Assembly: GCA_028282585.1 (NCBI GenBank)
Contig: JANQHR010000125.1
Location: 1 to 38,501 of the forward strand
Length of the DNA stretch: 38,501 bases
Direction: 5' to 3'
Source: Bacteroidales bacterium
Lineage (GTDB): Bacteria > Bacteroidota > Bacteroidia > Bacteroidales > UBA12077
Position numbers and translations under genes: made by a program. Shown in pieces: positions 19,244 to 27,782 of the stretch (its first letter is position 1; each line of letters starts with the position of its first letter). Below the pieces are notes generated by a model. It searched no databases and was not told where the DNA came from. It saw only the letters and a list, made by a program, of their open reading frames with translations.

Positions 19244-21652
19244 ATGTTTCAGAACTATATCACTATAGCTATAAGAAATGCCATTAGAAATAAAACGTTC
19301 ACATTGATTAATATTCTCGGTTTATCAATTGGAATTGCTTGTAGCCTTTATATTACTTATTGGGTAAGAGACGAACTAAGCTACGATAAGTTTCATGATA
19401 ATTCGGATCGTATTTACAGAATTTACTGGCAATCAGAAAATTCTCAAACACGTACTCCACATCCAATGGCGCAAGCTCTGGCTTATGATTTTCCGGAAGT
19501 AGAGAATGCAGTAAGTTTATCTCCTATTTGGGGGCCAGGGTTAACTATCCCTACGATAACTGTAGAGTATGGCGACAAAAAATTTGATGAGAAGGGCTTT
19601 TATTCTGCAGATACAACTTTCTTTAAAGTATTCTCTTTTAAACTTTTAAAAGGAAATCCTGAAACTGCTCTTAAAGAGCCAGGGGGGATAATTATATCAG
19701 AGAGAATGTCAAAAAAATATTTTGGAAATGAAGATCCTATGGATAAAATGGTAACATTTATTCATGGTGATAAAATAAACTTAAAAGTTACCGGAGTAAT
19801 TGAGAATGTTCCCTCTAATTCCCATTTTAAATTTGATTTTTTAGTATCATATGTTACTCTAAAAATGGGAGAAACAGGAGAATATTATACATGGGAAGAT
19901 TTTGGACATTTTAACTATATTCTTTTAAAGGATAAAGCTGCTGTTAGAAAAGTTGAAGAATCTCTTTTTGAATGGTCCAAAAAATTTATTCAATGGCCAG
20001 ACCAAATGCTAGGTGAACTGGAGATTGGTACAATTGGATTTAAGCTTCAGTCATTAACAGATATCCATTTACATTCACATCTAAAATGGGAACTTGAACA
20101 AAATGGCGATTTTAGTTATATTTGGATACTTTCTTCTTTAGCCATTCTAATAATATTAATAGCTTGTATCAATTTTATGAACTTATCAACGGCTAAATCA
20201 TCAAAAAGAACAAAAGAAATTGGTATAAGAAAGGTATCTGGAGCCAGCAAACTCCAAGTAGTCGTTCAATTTATTGGCGAATCATTCATAACGGTTATTA
20301 TCTCCCTTATAGTTGCAATAATTTTATTCGAAATTTTTAGACCTGCATTTAATGGCCTAACGCTAAAGCAAATAACTATAAATTATACCCAGACACGTTT
20401 TTTTGTTGATCTATTAATATTACTAATAGTAATAACTATTTTAGCCGGTGTTTATCCTGCATTCTTTATGTCAAAGTTCAAACCTAATGATATATTTAAA
20501 GGAAAAGTTATATCAAATATTAAAGGCATAACATTTAGAAGGTTAATGGTAATCTTTCAGTTCAGCATTTCTACCTTACTTATAATATGTACACTTATCA
20601 TCTCAAATCAAATCAAATTTCTAAATCAGAAAAAGCTAGGACTAGATTCAAGTCAAATAATTGTGGTACCAATAAAAGACAGAAGTTTGCTTAATAATCT
20701 TGAAACATTTCAGAAAGAACTTCTTAAGAGCAACTATATCCAAAAAGTTGCCGCAACCTCAAATATTCCTGGGCGGCAATTTAACCAAAACCCTTTGCAT
20801 TGGGCAAAAACTGGTCAAACTATTGACGTTTCTGAGTTACACATTGATTATAATTTCTTGAGTATTCTTGATCTTAAGATGAAAGAAGGGCGCAAATTCT
20901 CACCTGATTTCAGAACCGATTCTTTGGATGCTTTTATATTAAACGAAACCGCTGCAAGCCTTTTTGATTGGAAAAATCCAATTAATGAAATAGTAACTTG
21001 GGAAGATAATGAAATCGATCGTAGAGGAAGAGTTATTGGTATTATTGAAAATTTTCATTTTCAATCTCTTCATAAAAACATTGCTCCTTTGTTAATTAGA
21101 ATAACTCCTCGTGCTTTAAATTATCTGTTACTAAAAATTGATGTCAATAACCTTGATAAAGTAAATAATTACGTTCGCTCAAAAATAGAAGAAATGAACT
21201 ATAACTTTGATTATGATTATTTCTTTCTAGATCAAGATATTTCCACCCTTTACAAAAGTGAAAATCAAATGCAAAAACTATTTTTTTACTTTACCGTATT
21301 TGCAATTTTTATTTCGTGTCTAGGACTTTTTGGTTTGGCATTGTTTATGACAGAACAAAGAACTAAAGAAATAGGTATTCGCAGAGTGCATGGAGCATCA
21401 ATATCCAAGATTATGGTAATTCTTTCTGCTCAATTCCTAAAATGGGTGCTAGTTGCAATTGTTATTGCAGTACCTTTGGCTTATTATGCAATGAACAATT
21501 GGCTACAAGGTTTTGCTTACAGAACAGACATCAAATTTTGGGCTTTTATCGTGGCTACGTTTATATCTTTCACAATTGCCCTAATAACAATTAGTTTTCA
21601 AACCTATAAAACGGCAATTAAAAATCCGGCAGAAAGTTTAAGATATGAATAA
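19244..21652 (+). CDS. MacB/FtsX-type ABC transporter permease
   Basis: NILGLSIGIAC, IACINFMNLSTA..KRTKEIGIRKV duplicated FtsX motifs; ends KNPAESLRYE. Confidence 0.93.
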   Translation: MFQNYITIAIRNAIRNKTFTLINILGLSIGIACSLYITYWVRDELSYDKFHDNSDRIYRIYWQSENSQTRTPHPMAQALAYDFPEVENAVSLSPIWGPGLTIPTITVEYGDKKFDEKGFYSADTTFFKVFSFKLLKGNPETALKEPGGIIISERMSKKYFGNEDPMDKMVTFIHGDKINLKVTGVIENVPSNSHFKFDFLVSYVTLKMGETGEYYTWEDFGHFNYILLKDKAAVRKVEESLFEWSKKFIQWPDQMLGELEIGTIGFKLQSLTDIHLHSHLKWELEQNGDFSYIWILSSLAILIILIACINFMNLSTAKSSKRTKEIGIRKVSGASKLQVVVQFIGESFITVIISLIVAIILFEIFRPAFNGLTLKQITINYTQTRFFVDLLILLIVITILAGVYPAFFMSKFKPNDIFKGKVISNIKGITFRRLMVIFQFSISTLLIICTLIISNQIKFLNQKKLGLDSSQIIVVPIKDRSLLNNLETFQKELLKSNYIQKVAATSNIPGRQFNQNPLHWAKTGQTIDVSELHIDYNFLSILDLKMKEGRKFSPDFRTDSLDAFILNETAASLFDWKNPINEIVTWEDNEIDRRGRVIGIIENFHFQSLHKNIAPLLIRITPRALNYLLLKIDVNNLDKVNNYVRSKIEEMNYNFDYDYFFLDQDISTLYKSENQMQKLFFYFTVFAIFISCLGLFGLALFMTEQRTKEIGIRRVHGASISKIMVILSAQFLKWVLVAIVIAVPLAYYAMNNWLQGFAYRTDIKFWAFIVATFISFTIALITISFQTYKTAIKNPAESLRYE

Positions 21653-21677
21653 CCTAAAACTCTTAGTAAAGTTTTTA

Positions 21678-23012
21678 TCATAGTGTTATTTTAAATGTTG
21701 TTCCCTTATTTTTTTCAGAACCTACTGATACCGAACCTTTATGTAAGCTAATTATTTGCCTAACAAGACTTAATCCTATGCCGGAACCACTTTCTTTACT
21801 TGTATAAAATGGAACAAAAATATCATCTAATTTTTCAATTTCGATTCCAATACCATTATCTATAATGAAAACTTGCAATTGATTTTCAACTAGTTCGGCT
21901 TTTATGTTAATTTGAGGATTTTTAGTTTCGCCTAAAGCTTCTATTGCATTTTTTATCAAATTTATAAAAGCTTGTTCTAAAAGCTTTGAGTCGCCTTCAA
22001 TAACAATTTTTTCATTAATAATTATATTTAGTTCAATATTTAAATTATTGATCTCTTTTTTAAAAATATTGGCAGAGTTTTCAATTAACTGCTTTACATC
22101 AACCTTCCCAAAAGATACTTTGCCTAGTTTAGTAAGCTTCCTGTAATTCTCTACAAATTGCATCAAGTTATTGCTTCGGCTTTCAATAATATTAGTATCC
22201 TCGATAGCTTCCATTATTACTTCCTTTTGCACATTTTTTGTCTCAACATTTTCATTTAACGATCTTCGAATAGAATAAGTTAAGTTTGTAATGGGAGCTA
22301 TAGAATTCATTATTTCGTGCGTTAAAACCCTTATTAGCTTTTGCCATGATTCCATCTCCTTTTGATCAAGTTCAGCACTTATATTTTGAATAGATATAAG
22401 GTTTATAAACTCATTATTAAACTTGAATTGTTTCTTCTGTACTAGAAATTGTTGAATACTGCCATTAATTTTTAATTTTTGCTGAAATAAATCCTCAGGT
22501 TTACTTTTCAATAATTTTTCATAAAAACTACTATCAATATCTTTGATTTCCGAAAGTTCCTTGGTCCATTTTAAATTTATAAGGTCCGAAAAAGTTCTAT
22601 TTGTAAACTGTACTTTACCATCATTATTATAAGCCATTAATCCTATATTAATTTGCTCAATAACAAATTGAAGGAAATGATATTGCTTTTCTTTTTCTAT
22701 TCTTGTATTTTCGAGTAAATCAGCTGTATTATTCAAAATTTTTGCTAATTCTGTAAAGTTTCCATTCAAATCGGATGAAAACCTGTATGCCCCTTCGTCG
22801 GTTTTCAGCAGTTTTAGAAACCTTATAATTTCCTTATTGATTTTATTAAAATACTTAACAAAAAAAACGGATTGGATTATAATTAGGGTTAGAATAAAAA
22901 ATTTAGTATAAACTTTTTGAGGGCTATCGATTTCTAAAGTAAACCAAACTGAAGTCGAAATAATCAATATTAATCTTGTTATAATGCTTAAATTGAAATT
23001 CCTATAAACCAT
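21678..23012 (-). CDS. NtrY-like sensor histidine kinase with PAS-like region
   Basis: SWQKLIRVLTHEIMNS H-box; NLIKNAIEA, DNGIG, FVPFYTSK, GSGIGL. Confidence 0.92.
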   Translation of the reverse strand: MVYRNFNLSIITRLILIISTSVWFTLEIDSPQKVYTKFFILTLIIIQSVFFVKYFNKINKEIIRFLKLLKTDEGAYRFSSDLNGNFTELAKILNNTADLLENTRIEKEKQYHFLQFVIEQINIGLMAYNNDGKVQFTNRTFSDLINLKWTKELSEIKDIDSSFYEKLLKSKPEDLFQQKLKINGSIQQFLVQKKQFKFNNEFINLISIQNISAELDQKEMESWQKLIRVLTHEIMNSIAPITNLTYSIRRSLNENVETKNVQKEVIMEAIEDTNIIESRSNNLMQFVENYRKLTKLGKVSFGKVDVKQLIENSANIFKKEINNLNIELNIIINEKIVIEGDSKLLEQAFINLIKNAIEALGETKNPQINIKAELVENQLQVFIIDNGIGIEIEKLDDIFVPFYTSKESGSGIGLSLVRQIISLHKGSVSVGSEKNKGTTFKITL

Positions 23013-24369
23013 GTTTTGTCAGTTTTGAATATAATGATGTCCTGGATATCCCAAGCAATTTTGAAGCTTTTGAAATATTTCCTTTACAATCTTTTAATGC
23101 TTTTTCTATTGCACTCTTCTCAAGTGTATCAAGATGTAAGATTGATATTACATTTTTAGTTTCATAATATTGGCCACTAAATAAATCTTCAGGTTTAATA
23201 ACTAAATCCTCATTTAATATTACAGCTTTTTCTATTGTATGGCTCAACTCGCGAATATTTCCGGGCCAATTATAATTTATTAATGCTTCCAATGCCTTCG
23301 CATTTAGTTTCAAACCAGGTTTGTTATATTTGGTTGAAAATTTGTTAAGAAAATGTTCTGTTAATAAATTAACATCTTCTCCTCTATCCCTTAACGGGGG
23401 TGATAAAATCTCAATGGTATTGATTCTAAAATATAGGTCCTCCCTAAATAATTGCTCCTGAACCATCTGTTTTAAATCTTTATTTGTTGCACAAACAACC
23501 CTGGCATCGAAAGTTTTAGGCTTTGAATCCCCAACTGGCGTGAATTCACGGGTTTGCAGAGCTGTTAAGAGTTTAGCCTGAAGATTAATAGATAAGTTGG
23601 CAATTTCATCAAGAAACAACGTACCTCCGGAAGCAGCTTCAAATTTTCCAATTTTATCTTCTTTTGCATCAGTGAAAGCACCTTTGACATGTCCAAATAA
23701 TTCACTTTCAAAAATGCCTTCATTTAACGTACTTAGGTCAACATGTAAGAACACTTCATTATTACGTTTTGATTTCCTATGTAATTCATTGGCTATTAAT
23801 TCCTTTCCAGTTCCATTTTCACCAAGAATTAGAACATTAGCATCTGTTGATGCTACTTTTTCAACCGTTTTTAAAAGATTTCTTATAACTGTTGACCGCC
23901 CAATAATAGGACTTATTTTGCTAATAACATCCTCTTTATAATATTTACTTTTTCTTTTTAACTGGTTAATTTCTCTATTTGACTTACTAATTTCTATAGC
24001 ATTCTGAATTGTAACAATTAACTTCTGAGGTTCCCATGGTTTTGTTATAAAATTGGTTGCACCCTTTTGTATCGCTTTAACAGCAATATCTATATCTCCA
24101 TAAGCTGTAATTAAAATTACTACCAATTCCGCATCAATTTCTTTAATTCTTTTTAACCATTTAAAACCATCTCTGCCTGAGTTATCGCCCTCTGTAAAGT
24201 TCATATCCAGTAAAGTCACGTCATAATCTTTACTTTTAAGTTGTAGGAGTATTTTATTGGGGTTACTTAAAGTATCAATTTCTTCAAAATCAAATTTCAA
24301 TAATCTTTTGAGCGATTTTAGCAAGTCCAGGTTATCATCAACTACAAGAATTTTACCTTCTTTTTGCAT
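23002..24369 (-). CDS. Sigma54-dependent (NtrC-family) response regulator
   Basis: Receiver (VVDD, LLDMNF); AAA+ GENGTGKE, ESELFGH, GAFTDA, FLDEI; Fis HTH. Start moved to ATG 24369 because a TAtcTTTG promoter (24397-24404, minus strand) overlaps the longer TTG start. Confidence 0.93.
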   Translation of the reverse strand: MQKEGKILVVDDNLDLLKSLKRLLKFDFEEIDTLSNPNKILLQLKSKDYDVTLLDMNFTEGDNSGRDGFKWLKRIKEIDAELVVILITAYGDIDIAVKAIQKGATNFITKPWEPQKLIVTIQNAIEISKSNREINQLKRKSKYYKEDVISKISPIIGRSTVIRNLLKTVEKVASTDANVLILGENGTGKELIANELHRKSKRNNEVFLHVDLSTLNEGIFESELFGHVKGAFTDAKEDKIGKFEAASGGTLFLDEIANLSINLQAKLLTALQTREFTPVGDSKPKTFDARVVCATNKDLKQMVQEQLFREDLYFRINTIEILSPPLRDRGEDVNLLTEHFLNKFSTKYNKPGLKLNAKALEALINYNWPGNIRELSHTIEKAVILNEDLVIKPEDLFSGQYYETKNVISILHLDTLEKSAIEKALKDCKGNISKASKLLGISRTSLYSKLTKHGL

Positions 24370-24412
24370 ATTTCCTATAAAATTGAATATATTAACCAAA
24401 GATAAGTAAAAG

Positions 24413-24529
24413 TGTTAGCAAAACGTCAGTTTAGTGTCGGATTCTTAACACTTTTTATTAGTACATAAAATTTCAATCACTATTACTAATTGATTTACTT
24501 GCACTTATATGATGTGGCACAAATTTAGG
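24413..24529 (+). promoter_or_regulatory. Putative sigma54 promoter with tandem enhancer sites for permease 2
   Basis: TGT-N10-TCA (24413-24428) and TGT-N10-ACA (24435-24450); TGGCACAAATTTAGG at 24515-24529. Confidence 0.6.
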
Positions 24530-24557
24530 ACTTTACTGACAAATTAAAAAAGAAAAT

Positions 24558-26909
24558 ATGTTAGTAAATTATATCAAAACAGCTTATCGCAACATGATGC
24601 GAAATTTTAGCCAAAGTTTAATAAATGTATTAGGCTTAGCCATAGGAATGACATGTGCCCTATTGATCTTTTTATGGGTTCAAAATCAACTTAATTATGA
24701 CCAATGGCAAGAAAAGAAAGAAAACATTTATCGTTTGGAATACAATACCTGGGTTATTATGCCACCTTATATAGGTGATGTTGTAAATAAACTTCCAGAA
24801 GTCGAAGATATGGTTAGGCTATATTTTTGGGAACAACCGACATTAACTTACAAAGAAACGGCTTATAATATAGATCATTTTGCATGGGCAGATAGTTCTA
24901 TTTTTAACGTTTTCACTTTTAACTTCCTGCATGGGAAACCTATAGATGCATTAGCCAATCCACACTCTATAGTTTTAACCAAATCGTATTCTGAAAGATT
25001 TTTTGGTAATGAAAACCCAATAGGTAAAACGCTTTTAATGGATAATGAGTTAGAATATACAGTAACAGGAGTAATAGAAGACGTTAAAAATCTACATTTA
25101 GAAATAAATGGAATTGCTGCTGCACAAGATCTTGCCATACATTATGGTGATAACCGAGTTTTAGAAGCCCGAAATCACAATTGGTTGATTTATTTATTAG
25201 TAAACAGAAATGCTGATATAAACAAACTTGAAGAAAAAATTAACAGAACGGTATCAGATTTTAATAATGAAGACGAAGATGAAGATGGAAGCGTATTTTT
25301 ATTACTAAGACCTTTCGAAGAAATATATTTTGAGCGAGGTTTGCCACATGAAACTTTTGTTAAACATGGTAACTTTAACCTGGTTTTAATATTTAGTGCA
25401 ATTTCAATTCTTATATTAGTTATTGCATGTATCAATTTTATAAACATAACTACAGCAAAGGCCAATTTGCGAGAAAAAGAAATTGGAGTCCGTAAAATTA
25501 TTGGTGCCAATAAAGGCAAAATTGCCAAACAATTCTTAGGCGAAACTTTTTTTATGGTTATTGTAGCGCATGTAATTAGCATTGTATTACTCGAACTTAT
25601 ACTACCAAAATTTAATTTAATAACCAATGAGTTTATTTCATTTAATTACCTTTCATCTCAGTTCTTATTTATGATTTTTACAATAATTTTAATAACAACT
25701 ATACTATCCGGATTATATCCATCATTTTATTTATCTTCATTAAAACCTGTATTGATGTTGAAAGGAAAGTCAGGACAAAAATCTAAAGGTAATTTAAGAA
25801 AGATTCTGATGATAACTCAATTTGTGATTTCTATATTTTTAATTATATCGACAATATTAATTCTAAAACAGCTGAATTTTGTTCTTAAAAAAGATCTGGG
25901 ATGGAACCAGGAAAACATCATAACGTTTGAGTTAAAAGGTGATAAATTCTCTGGAGATAAAGAAAATTATATAAATAACAAAAATGCTTTTAATAATGAA
26001 CTATTTAAAAACCCGGAAATCAAAAGCTTAACGTATTTAAATCAATATCCTGGCAAGGTAACAAATACCTCTTCGTTAGAATTTGAAGGAGAAGAATATT
26101 CTCTTCGCTTTATTAATGCAGATCCCGATTTTGTAAAAACTTTAAATGTTGAAATAACTAAAGGAAGAAATTTTTCTTATGACCATCCTGGTGATTTAGA
26201 TAACGCAATAATACTAAATGAAGCTGCGGTAGATTTTCTAGGTTTAGAAGATCCAATAACAACTATAACATCATATGGCAGAGAAATACCAATTATTGGC
26301 GTTGTAAAAGATTTTAATTTCAACTCTTTACATTCTGAAATAATTCCAATGGCAATTACCTGGGATTATTGGACACGAAGAGTTTGTGTAAAGGTATCTG
26401 GGAATAACATTCCAAATACTATAAAATATATAAAATCTTTATACAATGAATTCTGTCCAAAATATCCTTTTGATTATGGCTTTATGGACGAACAATTTGC
26501 TAGACAATACGATAGTGAAATTAAGCAGTCCAAAATACTGGTATTTTTTGCAGGCATTGCAATTTTTATAGCAGGTCTCGGATTATTTGGAATGGCTTCA
26601 TTTATTAGTGCTACAAGAATAAAAGAAATAGGAATCAGAAAAGCTTTAGGCTCATCAACCCGTGAAATTATGGTTTTATTTTCATCAAGTTTTATGCAAT
26701 GGATAATTATTGCATTTATAATTGCTGCACCAATCGCTTACTATTTAGTTAATAAGTGGTTAATGCAATATCCATACAAAACCAGCATTAGTTGGTGGGT
26801 ATTTTTAGTTGCATTGTTAATTTCAATCGTGATAGCATTAATTACAATCGGTTTTCAGATTATTAAATCGGCCAGAACAAACCCTGCAGAATGTCTACGT
26901 TATGAGTAG
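24558..26909 (+). CDS. MacB/FtsX-type ABC transporter permease (paralog of 19244-21652)
   Basis: NVLGLAIGM, IACINFINITTA..REKEIGVRK, second RIKEIGIRK motif; ends NPAECLRYE. Confidence 0.93.
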   Translation: MLVNYIKTAYRNMMRNFSQSLINVLGLAIGMTCALLIFLWVQNQLNYDQWQEKKENIYRLEYNTWVIMPPYIGDVVNKLPEVEDMVRLYFWEQPTLTYKETAYNIDHFAWADSSIFNVFTFNFLHGKPIDALANPHSIVLTKSYSERFFGNENPIGKTLLMDNELEYTVTGVIEDVKNLHLEINGIAAAQDLAIHYGDNRVLEARNHNWLIYLLVNRNADINKLEEKINRTVSDFNNEDEDEDGSVFLLLRPFEEIYFERGLPHETFVKHGNFNLVLIFSAISILILVIACINFINITTAKANLREKEIGVRKIIGANKGKIAKQFLGETFFMVIVAHVISIVLLELILPKFNLITNEFISFNYLSSQFLFMIFTIILITTILSGLYPSFYLSSLKPVLMLKGKSGQKSKGNLRKILMITQFVISIFLIISTILILKQLNFVLKKDLGWNQENIITFELKGDKFSGDKENYINNKNAFNNELFKNPEIKSLTYLNQYPGKVTNTSSLEFEGEEYSLRFINADPDFVKTLNVEITKGRNFSYDHPGDLDNAIILNEAAVDFLGLEDPITTITSYGREIPIIGVVKDFNFNSLHSEIIPMAITWDYWTRRVCVKVSGNNIPNTIKYIKSLYNEFCPKYPFDYGFMDEQFARQYDSEIKQSKILVFFAGIAIFIAGLGLFGMASFISATRIKEIGIRKALGSSTREIMVLFSSSFMQWIIIAFIIAAPIAYYLVNKWLMQYPYKTSISWWVFLVALLISIVIALITIGFQIIKSARTNPAECLRYE

Positions 26910-27176
26910 TAAAACCTTTTTACTTTTGATTTCGCTGAAAGCAGTTTAAAATCAAAGTACGAAAATTAAGTATTATTTGATCATAAATATTATCACATTT
27001 TTGATCTTAAAGATATCTGTAAGTTAATATTTTACATACATTTTGTGAAATAATCACATTTTATTGTTATTTCAAGGGTCACCTTTTACACAATTTAGGA
27101 ATATATATATAGAAGCCGGCTCCAAAACCGGCAGGAGGAACTATGTTTTATTGTTAAATTTTAAATGTTTGTAACT

Positions 27177-27551
27177 ATGGAAAAACTTACGATTGATCAA
27201 GAGACTAATGCTGTAAAAGCCATTTTTGACAACTTTATTAAAGATGAAGATTTTAAACAATTCGCTCAACAAATACTAGACAGAGTAAAAGTGAGTGGCA
27301 AAAAAAAGTTATTATATGATACGCGAGGTTTGAAAGTAATGTCTAAAGAGGTTCAGGATTGGATTAACGAAGTATGGTTTTCTGAGGCTAATAAAATAGG
27401 AATTACACATATGGCCTTTATTATCCCGGAAAATATTTTTGGAAAAATTTCAATGGAACAAACCAATAGCAAGGGAGAAAAAGTGGGCAACATAAATATT
27501 GAATATTTTATGGGAATGACTGCTGCTAAAGAATGGCTAAATAAAAACTAG
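27177..27551 (+). CDS. Small STAS/SEC14 (SpoIIAA-like) domain protein
   Basis: Pattern KLLYDTR...QDWINEVWF...GITHMAFIIP..IFGK...F....AAKEWL; ATG 27177 preferred over 27165. Confidence 0.7.
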   Translation: MEKLTIDQETNAVKAIFDNFIKDEDFKQFAQQILDRVKVSGKKKLLYDTRGLKVMSKEVQDWINEVWFSEANKIGITHMAFIIPENIFGKISMEQTNSKGEKVGNINIEYFMGMTAAKEWLNKN

Positions 27552-27576
27552 GAGTATAAATAAAGCTGGCTCAAAT

Positions 27577-27586
27577 TAAGTTTAGC
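27577..27586 (+). promoter_or_regulatory. Possible -7 promoter variant TAagTTTAGC, inside a weak hairpin (27563-27588) after the STAS gene
   Basis: One mismatch to TAnnTTTG; would start transcription at about 27590, where the structured element begins. Confidence 0.35.
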
Positions 27587-27590
27587 TTAA

Positions 27591-27729
27591 GCGTGTCTTA
27601 TGCTGACAGGTGGAGAGCGCATGCTCCATATACGACCAATACAATTTTGCTTTTGCGCTCCCACTCTACAAAACATTGTTTTATAGACCTGACAGGCTAT
27701 ATAGTCTATATATATGTTTATGAGACAGC
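27591..27729 (+). ncRNA. Candidate structured cis-regulatory leader RNA (SAM-I-like architecture); alternatively a small MITE
   Basis: Closing helix UGUCUUAUG/UAUGAGACA; internal helices GGUGG(A)GAGCGCA/UGCGCUCCCACU, GAGC/GCUC, ACAAU/AUUGU and UAUAGAC/GUCUAUA; locally GC-richer than its flanks. Confidence 0.4.
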
Positions 27730-27738
27730 GAATTAAAG

Positions 27739-27756
27739 TTACAAATTAATTTGTAA
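27739..27756. promoter_or_regulatory. Perfect 18-bp palindrome TTACAAATTAATTTGTAA (putative operator)
   Basis: Self-reverse-complementary; 26 nt upstream of the radical SAM ATG. Confidence 0.5.
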
Positions 27757-27782
27757 AACACAAAAACACATAAATCATAAAC

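Noticed and set aside
27044-27058. CRP/FNR box
   Set aside because: Spacer is 5 nt rather than the 6 required (TGTGA-N6-TCACA)
27591-27729. Canonical SAM-I riboswitch call
   Set aside because: Lacks AUC/GAU, GCAACC/GGUGC, the L2-J3/4 pseudoknot and a terminator platform; kept only as a variant or unknown structured element
27591-27729. Retron msr-msd (a1/a2-like terminal inverted repeats)
   Set aside because: No reverse transcriptase anywhere in the window
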